A stretch of DNA of 61,912 nt, filler included. It is 5 parts of 5 records of this genome, joined end to end, with 100 filler letters (N's around TTAATTAATTAA, not from the genome) between each part and the next. Parts side by side here need not be neighbours in the genome. Positions count along the whole stretch, not along the records: positions 1 to 10,102 come from SRR20825006_1272; 4 more parts are not named here. The stretch is one strand, 5' to 3'. The number at the start of each line of letters is the position of its first letter. Position 1 is the stretch's first letter. The position numbers were made by a program, and so were the translations under genes. Of this stretch, positions 1 to 9,451 are shown piece after piece. The notes beneath the pieces are model-generated. The model ran no database searches and was not told the origin of the DNA. It saw nothing but the letters and a program-made list of their open reading frames with translations.

Positions 1-63
1 TACAACCTGGCCTACATTTCTGTCCCAACCTGACGCGTCAGCAAGGAAAGACACCCTCCGCTT

Positions 64-1614
64 TCAGATCAACATCTCTTCGCGGATTTTGGTGAGGTAG
101 GCAAGCATCGGACGTGGTCGGCCTTTGGCATCGATCACTCCCGCGTGCGGCGTCATGTGAGGATGCTGGTCCGACCAACCGTCCCACACCACCGCGTGCA
201 CGATTTGCTTTGACAGCAACGTCTCGATCAGTGGCTGCACAAATTCGAATTGAGCCTTGGCCCAAGAGTCAGGCTCGCCGTTGATTTCGGGTGACAATGG
301 ACGCGTTTGAATTGGCAAGCGTGCCGCCGCGTCTTTTCCGGGTGCTCCCGCGACGGACAACTGAACCATCAGCGGAGCGTTCAGGGTTCCCCAACGGTCA
401 AGCATTTGCCCGAACTCGACCGCCGATCGTGGGTGAGTGTCACCGTCGTCGAATCCAAATCGGAAATTCAATCCGATCCCGGCCAGCCCCAAACCGCTCC
501 GCAGCAAAGCATCGGCAAAGTGCAACGGGCTGATCCCTTGTTCGTCGCGAGCGAGGTATTCGCCACAAGGTTGGTCCAGCGACATCAAGACGGGCGTGTT
601 TGGATCGCAACGTCGGATCGTTTGCAGGATTCCGATCGAGAACCGCATGACTTGTTCATCGTCGAACCCAAGCGGTCCGGCAACATTCAACCCGGAGGCC
701 GCATTCCAAAGGTTCACGCGTCCGCGAAATTGCATGACCGTCTTTTCGACGAAGCTGGTCATCGTTGACATCAACTTGTCGAAGTCATCCTCCAACAAAG
801 TCAACCAATCCGGCAACAAACCTTTGCGGTAGTCGATGACCGGTCCGCCGATCACACGCAGCCCCATTTGGGCACACGCGGTCAGGGCTTCGTCGGCGGG
901 TTCGTAATTCGGACGCCCCGAATCGGTTTCGATTTCGCCCCAGCTGATTCGAACCGCGGCGGCGTTGAATGCTCGCGTGATGGTGGCTTGTTCGTCAATC
1001 GAATTGCTGGCGCGCCCGGACTGCATGTCCGCGGTGACTTCGGTGGCGGGCAGCGGCGGCAAAACTCCGACGGCCAACATGGTGCTCAACCGAGTTTCGC
1101 GACTTCGGCGATAGGCAACGGACTGAGTCGAGAACAGATCACCCAGTTCGTTCGATGCCTGCTCGAGAGCTTCGATGGCTTCCAAGGCGGCATCCACGCA
1201 CGACGGGTCGTCGGGGGCACACTGTGCCGCGTCCAGAAAACGCTTGGTGCCTCGCGTCAGAAAATCGTCGAATCGATCGCTGAGAACCAACCCTCCGCGC
1301 TGCCAAACATCGGCTTGAACACGAACGCGGTAACAGCTTCCACGAGCCAGTTCGACAAACAGTCGGTGCGAGCTGTCCAGGCAACGCAAACTGCATGTGC
1401 TGAGTTGGCGATACCCGATGGAGGGAATCGGGCAGGTCAGGAACAATTTGGCCGAGGTGTCGACGCCGCGAGTCAGCGTGAAGCGGCCGTTCGAGTAAGA
1501 ATTCCGCGACTGCCACGGCACCCCTTCGATGCCGCATAGATACGCGTCTTCCCAACGAGTCGATTCAAAGAACTCGTTCGCTGCGTCAGGGACATCAAAA
1601 TGCATTTGCCCCAT
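64..1614 (-). CDS. GH10 (endo-1,4-beta-xylanase)-like TIM-barrel protein, planctomycete type, catalytic motifs degenerate
   Basis: 516-aa ORF. The C-terminal half follows GH10 motif order: FNAAAVRISWGEIE, GGPVI..LPDWL, FRGRVNLWNAASG, GIGLNF, WDGWSD, GVIDAKGRPRP. Confidence 0.65.
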   Translation of the reverse strand: MGQMHFDVPDAANEFFESTRWEDAYLCGIEGVPWQSRNSYSNGRFTLTRGVDTSAKLFLTCPIPSIGYRQLSTCSLRCLDSSHRLFVELARGSCYRVRVQADVWQRGGLVLSDRFDDFLTRGTKRFLDAAQCAPDDPSCVDAALEAIEALEQASNELGDLFSTQSVAYRRSRETRLSTMLAVGVLPPLPATEVTADMQSGRASNSIDEQATITRAFNAAAVRISWGEIETDSGRPNYEPADEALTACAQMGLRVIGGPVIDYRKGLLPDWLTLLEDDFDKLMSTMTSFVEKTVMQFRGRVNLWNAASGLNVAGPLGFDDEQVMRFSIGILQTIRRCDPNTPVLMSLDQPCGEYLARDEQGISPLHFADALLRSGLGLAGIGLNFRFGFDDGDTHPRSAVEFGQMLDRWGTLNAPLMVQLSVAGAPGKDAAARLPIQTRPLSPEINGEPDSWAKAQFEFVQPLIETLLSKQIVHAVVWDGWSDQHPHMTPHAGVIDAKGRPRPMLAYLTKIREEMLI

Positions 1615-1945
1615 GGCAACCAGCGATTCAAAGACCGAACAAAAAACTATCGGGAAACGTCCGAAACGTTACGCAGGACCATCCTGGCAACCGAGACGGT
1701 GCGGCTCACCCATGTCGCCCGCCATCCGTTTCCCCGACGTTCGTTCGAGTTGACTGAAACGCCTGAATCAAGCGATTCTCAACTTTCGAAGGATTGTCCG
1801 AAAATGCCCTCCGAAACGATCCCTGGCAACAAAGTGTCTTGTCCGAGTGTCATTCCCAAGGAACTCCCGCACACAACGTGTGAACAACCACCTTTGTCCA
1901 ACCGGGCTGGAAACAACCGAGTCGATCTGAAAAGGGGCCGGGTGG

Positions 1946-2115
1946 GATGGTTTGGCACGCGACTGGTGCCACTCCGCCGGCTTTCGCCTTAGCGCCATCA
2001 TAGTAGTCGGTTCTGTCAGTCGCCGCGAGATGGCTGGTTCGAGGCACAAGAGCACCCTTTGGGGGACGAATCGCCCATTGAGCTCCGACGTGGGAGGTTG
2101 TCGCTTTGCACCATC
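1946..2115. ncRNA. Candidate ~170-nt structured RNA (6S-like rod?) in the divergent intergenic region
   Basis: Nested complementary segments: GATGGT 1946-51/ACCATC 2110-15, GCGAC 1959-63/GTCGC 2100-04, GGTGC 1965-69/GCACC 2052-56, GCCT 1986-89/AGGC 2042-45, GCCATC 1994-99/GATGGC 2029-34. No convincing ORF here. Confidence 0.3.
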
Positions 2116-2186
2116 GCTTTAAGCCGTCATCGCGTGTAACCTGTTTCGCTCGTTTTTTGAATTGCACCTTCTGAGAAGCAACACGC

Positions 2187-5100
2187 ATGGACTGGATCGC
2201 GGAAGACCAACTCGGATCGCTTGGATTGCTGATGGGCGAGGCGGTGGAGCGTCTCGTTGATTCGCACGACCAGGGTTTCGATTCCCGCGCAGCAATGCTG
2301 ACGGTGAAGACACCAACCCTGACTCAAGGCGACAACGGTGTTCGCTTTGATTTCCAAGTGGTTGGCAACCGAGAAAAGCAGCAAACCGTTGCTCTCGAAA
2401 TCGTCCCACAAGTCGACGAGGACGATCCCGGCGGAGTCGGCGAACTGTCCAGCGAATGCCAGTGCGGATGCGTGGCGTTTCTGCGCGACAATTCGTGCCC
2501 GCACACACTGGCCGCCGCGTGGTGGTTGCAAGAACAAATCGCTCGCAGAAACGGCAACGGGCAGCTGATCGAATTTTTGGGCGGCCTGAAAGCTGACGCG
2601 GTCGCGGCGGGCAAGCAGTTCGTCGATGAACTGTTGCGACGAGCCAAAAATTCGCGACCGGCACCCGCCGAAGACGCTGAGCCCACTCGTTTGCAATGGC
2701 GAGTTCGCGTGAACATGGCATCGCAAACGGCACCACTGACAATCACGCCGTTTGAACAAAAGCAACGCAAGGGTGGCAAGGGTTGGACGAAGGGTCGCGA
2801 AGTCCGCAGCTTTGATTTGCTGGATCAAAACTTGTTGACCGATCCACTGGACAGCAAGATCGCATCGCTGACGTCGGTGCCGACACACGGCGTTCATGAC
2901 GACAACTACGCCATCTTCGAAGCCTTGCGAATGCTGGCCGGCCACGAGAACGTTGCTTGGGACGATCAAAACGCACTTCCCGTGGAAGTCTTCTGCAGTC
3001 AGTTGTTGTTGACGTTGCAGCCCGTCGAAGTCGAACAGTCCAAGAAACCCAAAGCATCCAAAAGCCAAACCGACGGCGAAGCTTCGAAGAAAAAGACCGT
3101 GGCAAAAACCACTCGCAAGTCATCAGGCAAACGTTCGGGTAAATCGGCCGATGAGTTGTTGGGCAACGTCACCGCAACGATGACGATACCCGAATCGGAA
3201 CTCGACTCCATCGAGGCTCCATCCGCTGATGGTTTGATCCCCGACGATTTGATTCCCGATGACGAAAAGGTCGAGGTGCAATTCCAACCGCGACTGTCGG
3301 TCGACGGAATCGACATCGATGTGCAAAAGTGCGAGATCGTTGTCGGCGGACTGAGCCCCGTCGAGCCGGCGATCATTTTGGCCGACGCCGACGAAGACCG
3401 CATTGTCCTGTGCACACTGGCCGATCCCGCCGCGATCGGGATTATTCAGTTCTTGCTGCGCGGCGACTACCGCGACACCCTGCTTGATCACGCGACCGCT
3501 TCGCGTTTGGCTCTGGCCGCTGGATCGATCGACTCGCTGATTCGAGTGGAGTTGCCACCGCAATTGGCCGGTCCAATCGTTCCGGCTCCGTGTGAGTTGG
3601 TGCTGCAAATGCGTCCGCGTCCGGGGGCAGGACTGAAGGTATCTCTGCGGGTGTACGAGTCACGTTTACGAGATTCGTTGATCCCTGGAGATGCTCCCGA
3701 GTTGGTTCCATGCCTGGCCGAGACCGGTCCGATTCGATTGCAACGCGATTTGAAAGCGGAATTGGAATCTGCCGAAAAGATTGTGCAACGTTTTGGGCTG
3801 ACCCGCTTGTCTCACGAAAGCACCATGGAGTGGGTCGCACTGACCGATCACGCCGCACTGGATTTGCTCGGTCGTTTGCATGACGCCGGTGATGAATCAC
3901 CCCGAATCGTTTGGCCCGAAGGAGAAACGTTCCGCGTTCGTGGTGAGATCACACCGAAGTCCCTGCGAATCAAAATTGACGACTCACCAGACTGGTTCGG
4001 CATGACGGGAACCGTGACCGTCGATGGTGTCGATGTGCCACTGCAAGATCTATTGATGGCGGTCCGCGAAGACCGACAACTCGTCCGTGTCGGCGATCGC
4101 CGTTTCGCGAAAATCAGTGAGGCGTTCCGCAAACGGTTGACTCAGTTGGGCGACACGCTGGTCAGCGAAAAGGGACAACTGCGATTGGCCGGAGCAGCCG
4201 TGCCGTTGGCTCGCGACGTTTTGGGCGACGACGTGACGCTGGAAACAACAGCGGCTTGGCACCAAGCGATCGAGCGACTCGATTCGCTTCAGGATTGGTC
4301 ACCGGATCGTCCGGATGGCCTCGATGCGACACTGCGTGATTACCAATTGGACGGGTACCGATGGTTGGCCCGCTTGAGTCGCTGGGGTGTTGGTGGCGTC
4401 CTCGCCGATGACATGGGTCTCGGTAAAACCGTCCAGACACTCGGCATCTTGGTCGAACGTGGCCCCACTGGCCCCGCGTTAGTCGTGGCACCGACCAGTG
4501 TCGGGGAGAACTGGGTTCGAGAAGCGGAGAAGTTCACTCCCGCGTTGACCGGCAAGCTCTACCGCGATTGCGATCGAGACGAAGTCATCAAGACCGCGGG
4601 GCCAAACGACTTGCTGATCGTCAGCTATCAATTGCTGCAACGCGACGCGAAACGATTTGCTTCGCGAGGTTGGCACACGTTGGTGCTCGACGAAGCTCAG
4701 TTCATCAAGAACTCACAAACCAAAACATCACAAGCCATTCGCACAATCCAAGCGGATTGGCGTTTGGGACTTTCCGGTACGCCGCTCGAGAATCACCTCG
4801 GCGAGTTGTGGAGTTTGTTCCGAACGTTGAGCCCAGGCTTGCTCGGGTCTTGGCAACGATTCCGAAGCCGATTCGCTGAGCCGATCGAACGACACAGCGA
4901 TGCGGATCGCCGCGAATCGCTGGCGAGGTTGGTTCGACCGTTTGTGCTGCGTCGAACAAAAGACAAGGTGCTGAAGGAATTGCCGCCTCGCACCGAGATC
5001 ACGCTGCGTGCGGAATTGTCGGCACCAGAACGCAAACTCTATGAAGACGCTCGCTTGGCCGCGCTAGCGGAATTGACCGCGGGCGGCGGAGCACCATCGC

Positions 5101-5717
5101 ACGAAGGCCGACGTCGCATTCAGACGCTGTCATGGCTGACCCGTTTGCGTCAACTTGCGTGTCACCCATCGTTGGTCGAACCAAGCTGGAAGGGCACCTC
5201 TTCCAAGTTGCAATTGTTCTTGTCGCTGGTGGAAGAACTCCGCGAAGGTGATCACCGCGCTCTCGTGTTCAGCCAATTCGTCAAACACCTCAGCGTGGTG
5301 CGAGCGGCATTGGACGAACGTGGAATCTCATATCAGTACCTTGATGGAGCCACTCCGTCGCACGAACGGCAACGCCGCGTTGATGCTTTCCAAAACGGCG
5401 AAGGCGATCTGTTCTTGATCTCGTTGAAGGCGGGTGGAACCGGGTTGAACCTGACCGCGGCCGACTATGTGTTGCACTTGGACCCATGGTGGAACCCCGC
5501 CGTCGAAGATCAAGCAACTGACCGGGCGCACCGCATCGGACAAGAACGTGCCGTGACGGTTTACCGATTGGTCGCTGAGCGAACGATCGAGGAGCAAATC
5601 CTTCAACTGCATGCCGACAAACGAGAACTCGTTGCCGGCATCTTGGATGGCACCGACGCCGCCGCGAAATTGCAAACGCAAGACTTGATCGATTTGATCA
5701 AGGCCGAAATGGGTTGA
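2187..5717 (+). CDS. SNF2-family helicase with N-terminal SWIM zinc finger
   Basis: SWIM motif CQC..CPH; helicase motifs LADDMGLGKT, LDEAQFIKN, LSGTPLEN, LRRTK, SLKAGGTGLNL, QATDRAHRIGQ. Confidence 0.93.
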   Translation: MDWIAEDQLGSLGLLMGEAVERLVDSHDQGFDSRAAMLTVKTPTLTQGDNGVRFDFQVVGNREKQQTVALEIVPQVDEDDPGGVGELSSECQCGCVAFLRDNSCPHTLAAAWWLQEQIARRNGNGQLIEFLGGLKADAVAAGKQFVDELLRRAKNSRPAPAEDAEPTRLQWRVRVNMASQTAPLTITPFEQKQRKGGKGWTKGREVRSFDLLDQNLLTDPLDSKIASLTSVPTHGVHDDNYAIFEALRMLAGHENVAWDDQNALPVEVFCSQLLLTLQPVEVEQSKKPKASKSQTDGEASKKKTVAKTTRKSSGKRSGKSADELLGNVTATMTIPESELDSIEAPSADGLIPDDLIPDDEKVEVQFQPRLSVDGIDIDVQKCEIVVGGLSPVEPAIILADADEDRIVLCTLADPAAIGIIQFLLRGDYRDTLLDHATASRLALAAGSIDSLIRVELPPQLAGPIVPAPCELVLQMRPRPGAGLKVSLRVYESRLRDSLIPGDAPELVPCLAETGPIRLQRDLKAELESAEKIVQRFGLTRLSHESTMEWVALTDHAALDLLGRLHDAGDESPRIVWPEGETFRVRGEITPKSLRIKIDDSPDWFGMTGTVTVDGVDVPLQDLLMAVREDRQLVRVGDRRFAKISEAFRKRLTQLGDTLVSEKGQLRLAGAAVPLARDVLGDDVTLETTAAWHQAIERLDSLQDWSPDRPDGLDATLRDYQLDGYRWLARLSRWGVGGVLADDMGLGKTVQTLGILVERGPTGPALVVAPTSVGENWVREAEKFTPALTGKLYRDCDRDEVIKTAGPNDLLIVSYQLLQRDAKRFASRGWHTLVLDEAQFIKNSQTKTSQAIRTIQADWRLGLSGTPLENHLGELWSLFRTLSPGLLGSWQRFRSRFAEPIERHSDADRRESLARLVRPFVLRRTKDKVLKELPPRTEITLRAELSAPERKLYEDARLAALAELTAGGGAPSHEGRRRIQTLSWLTRLRQLACHPSLVEPSWKGTSSKLQLFLSLVEELREGDHRALVFSQFVKHLSVVRAALDERGISYQYLDGATPSHERQRRVDAFQNGEGDLFLISLKAGGTGLNLTAADYVLHLDPWWNPAVEDQATDRAHRIGQERAVTVYRLVAERTIEEQILQLHADKRELVAGILDGTDAAAKLQTQDLIDLIKAEMG

Positions 5718-5935
5718 TCTTCAACAGCGTTTCACCGCGGGAATCATTGCCGTTTTGGCGATTGACCGCGACACGCCGCGACGCATGAGAGTTTCCCGCC
5801 AAAGCGATTTGGACGTCAAACTCTCGCTGCGTCGATGTCCTTTTTGGCATCGACTTTGCGGCCATTTCTCTCCTGAACGACGCTCTGTGAACGTAAACGC
5901 ACGCGTCAATTTGTGCCCCTACACAGGAGACCGAA

Positions 5936-7051
5936 ATGACTAAGCGACTACCTACACGCCAACGACGTCTTGCACTTGCTGTTGCCGCTGGACTGATCAC
6001 ACCATTGGCCGCTGCGTCCACTGCGAAAGCAGGCTTTGGATGGGAGTGGGAAACCGGATCGCCTTACTACGAGGACGATGCCTGGTATGACGTCAGCGAA
6101 TGGTTCGACGGAAACGATTACAACCCAACCGACGAAGCGATCGGCCGCTGGGACAACGAAACGTACGACCGCGACGAAGCCCTGACGTCCAGCGACTCAG
6201 ACAACGACATCGACTGGACGAACAACGATTACGGTTACTACGCCGACACCGAGTCAAGCGACACTTGGTTCTACGACTACTACGACCATGGTTACTCGGA
6301 CTACGGCGACTACAACAACGACGGCAACTACGAGTACACATCGAACTACTACGACTATGACAACGATGGTGTGTACGACGCCTTCGCTTCCTACACCGAC
6401 ACCGATGGTGATGGAATCTACGACGACGCCACGTACGTCTCGTTCTCCGACAGCGACGAACAAAGCGACTCGCAAAAGACTGCTCAGCAAAAAGCCGATC
6501 AACAAAACTCATCGGCCAAGAGTCAGTCGTTCACCGGTAAGATCACTCGAGCCAAGAAGGTGAAGACACCAGCAACGACCAACATCGTTGTGGAACTCCA
6601 AAACCAAAGTGAAGGCAAATCGATGATCGCCGACTTGGGTCCCGCCGATCAACTCGACCGAATGCCGCAGCTAAACGACACGCTGACGGTCAAGGGTTCA
6701 CCGTTCAAGACCGGAGACACCCGCGTGCTGCTGTCGCGATCGATTGAACACGACGGGCAACAGACGCAGGTCGAACGTAGCGGTCGCGAATACACCGGCA
6801 CGATCGAAAGCACGAAGACCGTTGACGTGCGAGGACAGCAACGACAGCTTGCAAGAATCAAAACTGACAACGGCAAAAAGATGCTCGTCGATTTGGGACG
6901 CAAACAAGGCTTGGATGCCAACATCACTGAAGGCAGCCAAGTGACGATCAACGGTCCCGCCGTTCAGGTCAAGGATCGTGTGATGTTGCTAGCGACGAAG
7001 GTGACCTTGGATGGTGACACAATCGACATCTCGCGGATGGCGAAGAATTGA
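5936..7051 (+). CDS. Secreted protein with Asp/Tyr-rich DxDxDG region and two tandem OB-fold-like C-terminal repeats
   Basis: AGGAG RBS; Sec signal ending AKA; motifs DYNNDG, DYDNDG, DTDGDG; two ~85-aa repeats (FTGKI..ADLGP..LTVKG..VLLS / YTGTI..VDLGR..VTING..MLLA). Confidence 0.75.
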   Translation: MTKRLPTRQRRLALAVAAGLITPLAAASTAKAGFGWEWETGSPYYEDDAWYDVSEWFDGNDYNPTDEAIGRWDNETYDRDEALTSSDSDNDIDWTNNDYGYYADTESSDTWFYDYYDHGYSDYGDYNNDGNYEYTSNYYDYDNDGVYDAFASYTDTDGDGIYDDATYVSFSDSDEQSDSQKTAQQKADQQNSSAKSQSFTGKITRAKKVKTPATTNIVVELQNQSEGKSMIADLGPADQLDRMPQLNDTLTVKGSPFKTGDTRVLLSRSIEHDGQQTQVERSGREYTGTIESTKTVDVRGQQRQLARIKTDNGKKMLVDLGRKQGLDANITEGSQVTINGPAVQVKDRVMLLATKVTLDGDTIDISRMAKN

Positions 7052-7085
7052 TTCGACTGATCGCGTCTATGAATGGGTAACGCAT

Positions 7086-7118
7086 TGCGTTCGGCAACTT
7101 GCCGAACGCATTTATTTT
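7086..7118 (+). terminator. Rho-independent terminator-like hairpin
   Basis: TGCGTTCGGCAA-C-TTGCCGAACGCA followed by TTTATTTT, 35 nt after the stop at 7051. Confidence 0.6.
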
Positions 7119-7269
7119 ACCCCAAGGCGGTCAGCATGAATTCGTGAAGACTGTCAGCGGCGAAGATCAAATTGGCCTCTGGCTACTTGCGTCACGGACG
7201 GATCCGTAGAAGAATTAATTCTCGGACAAGTTTTTTAGATCCATCCCTTGTATCCATCGAGCAATAGTA

Positions 7270-7449
7270 ATGTCGCGATTGTTTTTCTCCGCCCTGTTTG
7301 CGTTCAGCGTTTCTATCTTCACTGTTGGTTGCGGAGGCGGCGGCAACGAAGTGATCGAAGACACTCGCTCACCAGCCGAAGTGCAACAAGAACAAGAAGA
7401 TTACGAAAAGCAAATGGAAGAAACAATGGATTCCGCCACGAACAGCTAG
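7270..7449 (+). CDS. Small 59-aa lipoprotein (absent from the ORF track)
   Basis: Manual translation MSRLFFSALFAFSVSIFTVG-CGGGGNEVIEDTRSPAEVQQEQEDYEKQMEETMDSATNS*: hydrophobic signal, lipobox TVGC, acidic helical tail. Confidence 0.7.
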   Translation: MSRLFFSALFAFSVSIFTVGCGGGGNEVIEDTRSPAEVQQEQEDYEKQMEETMDSATNS

Positions 7450-7491
7450 TTCGCCGTTTCTGATGGCAGCATGAAAGGCATGGCGTAGATT

Positions 7492-9258
7492 GTGGTTAGC
7501 CGACGAAAACGAGCAAACGCAGTTGGCCAGACGCCTTCGAATCCGGAGAGTTCTTCCACGAACTCTGCACTGACGGATCGCGTTTCGTACGCGATCCTTT
7601 TAGCGAGCATTTGCGGGCTCGCTTTTTTTCTGCGCCTCGTCAATGTGCTGCAGACGCATGAAGTCCCGACGCTGATTGAATTGCTGGGCGATGCCAAAGG
7701 GTATTTCAACTGGGCAATTCGCATCAGCGATGGTGACTGGTACGGCTCCGAAACCTTTTACCAGGCTCCGTTGTATCCGTACTTCTTGGCGGTTCTGATC
7801 GCCGTCTTCGGCCCGAGCATCACGCTGATCCGGGTCGTTCAAATGCTGCTGGGCGTTGCCGGAGTCGCGTTGATCGGCCTATCAGGTCGCAAGCTTTTCT
7901 CAAAGAACGTCGGGCTGGTTTCGGCACTCATGCTGGCGGTCTACCCACCGGCCATCTACTACGACGGCATCATCCAGAAAGCATCCTTGGCAACTTTCTT
8001 GCTGTGCGTTTTGGTCACCGCATGCGTCTACATTCAAAGTGAGATGCGTCGTCGATACGCTATTTTGGCTGGCGTTTCGTTGGGTTTGCTAGTGCTGACG
8101 CGAGAAAACTCGTTGCTTTGGACACCGCTGATTCCAATTTGGATTCTGTTTGGAATCGATGAAACCAAACGGCGGCGATGGACGCTCATCGGCTGTTTCG
8201 TATGTGGATTCGCGTTGATCGTTGTGCCTGTCGCGGCGAGAAACGCGTCCTTGGGAGGCGAGTGGTCGCCAACGACATTCCAAGCGGGCCCCAATTTCTA
8301 CATCGGCAACAACCTGCAAGCCAGCGGCATCTACGTGCCCTTGGTGGCTGGTCATGAAACGCCGATGCACGAACGCGCCGATGCGCAGCGTCTGGCAGAG
8401 CAGGCTGTTGGCCGCGAACTCTCTTCTCGCGAAGTTTCGCAATTTTGGATGTCGCGAGCGTGGGAAGAGACTCGGCAGGCGCCCGGTCGCTGGCTGCAAT
8501 TGATGGTTGCGAAGACATTCATGGTCTTCAATCGCTATGAAGTTCCCGACGTTGAGAGCATGTACGTCTTTCGGGAATACTCTTTTCCGTTGCAACTGAG
8601 CCGAATCTGGCACTTTGGCATCCTGTGCCCCTTGGGTATTTGGGGCCTGATCGTCTCCCGAGGCGATTGGCGCAGGCTGTGGCTGCACTACCTGTTGTTG
8701 CTTTCGATGATTGCCGCGGTGGTGTTGTTCTTCATCCTGGGAAGATACCGCAATCCGGTGGCGATCCTGTTCGTCCCATTCGCGGCAGCAGGTGCGGTTG
8801 ACCTGTATCAACGGCTGCGGGAACAACAGTGGCGATCGATCGGCGCCGCCGGGGTGGTTTTGGCGTTATCGGCGGCGTTTTGCAACATCACCGTATACGA
8901 AGAGCGGTCCCTCCAGGCCAGTTGCTACATGAACATGGGCATCGCAGCCAGCAAGGCAGGCGACCTTCCGACGGGAATCCGATTGCTGAAAAAAGCAATT
9001 GCAGAGTTCCCCGAGATGGCGGAGGGATACGTCAATCTGGGCCGAGCCTACATGATGAGCCAGCAGCCGGGGCGAGCGGCGCAGTGCTTCCAAAACGCCC
9101 TGATTCTCGATCCCAGGTTGGTTGGAGTTCACCTGCAGTTGGGGGAAGCTTTCGAGTTGTCCGGCATGCGACAGCAGGCAATCGAGCAATATCAGCGGGC
9201 ATTGGCACTCGACCCGAATGACTCCCGAGCATCGAAAGCCCTCAACCGGCTTCGATGA
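7492..9258 (+). CDS. GT-C fold (PMT_2/ArnT/GT39-like) polytopic glycosyltransferase with C-terminal TPR repeats
   Basis: Multiple TM helices; luminal-loop motif GDAKGY..WA..I..GDW..FYQAPLYPYFLA; C-terminal TPRs (GYVNLGRAY..ALILDP, HLQLGEA..ALALDP). GTG start is uncertain. Confidence 0.75.
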   Translation: MVSRRKRANAVGQTPSNPESSSTNSALTDRVSYAILLASICGLAFFLRLVNVLQTHEVPTLIELLGDAKGYFNWAIRISDGDWYGSETFYQAPLYPYFLAVLIAVFGPSITLIRVVQMLLGVAGVALIGLSGRKLFSKNVGLVSALMLAVYPPAIYYDGIIQKASLATFLLCVLVTACVYIQSEMRRRYAILAGVSLGLLVLTRENSLLWTPLIPIWILFGIDETKRRRWTLIGCFVCGFALIVVPVAARNASLGGEWSPTTFQAGPNFYIGNNLQASGIYVPLVAGHETPMHERADAQRLAEQAVGRELSSREVSQFWMSRAWEETRQAPGRWLQLMVAKTFMVFNRYEVPDVESMYVFREYSFPLQLSRIWHFGILCPLGIWGLIVSRGDWRRLWLHYLLLLSMIAAVVLFFILGRYRNPVAILFVPFAAAGAVDLYQRLREQQWRSIGAAGVVLALSAAFCNITVYEERSLQASCYMNMGIAASKAGDLPTGIRLLKKAIAEFPEMAEGYVNLGRAYMMSQQPGRAAQCFQNALILDPRLVGVHLQLGEAFELSGMRQQAIEQYQRALALDPNDSRASKALNRLR

Positions 9259-9451
9259 CCCTTGTTTTCCGGCACACGGACTCGTATTCCGCCTGTGCTC
9301 AGCATGATCAACGGGGGCTCACCTGCCCTTCGAAGGCATAAATGTGATATTTCCCCTTTAAAAGAGAGAAACCTTTGCTACCTTCGGTGTTCAATCTGAA
9401 CAGCATCTTCTTCTTATTTACACCGACCACTTTTCTATGGAGCATTGTTTC

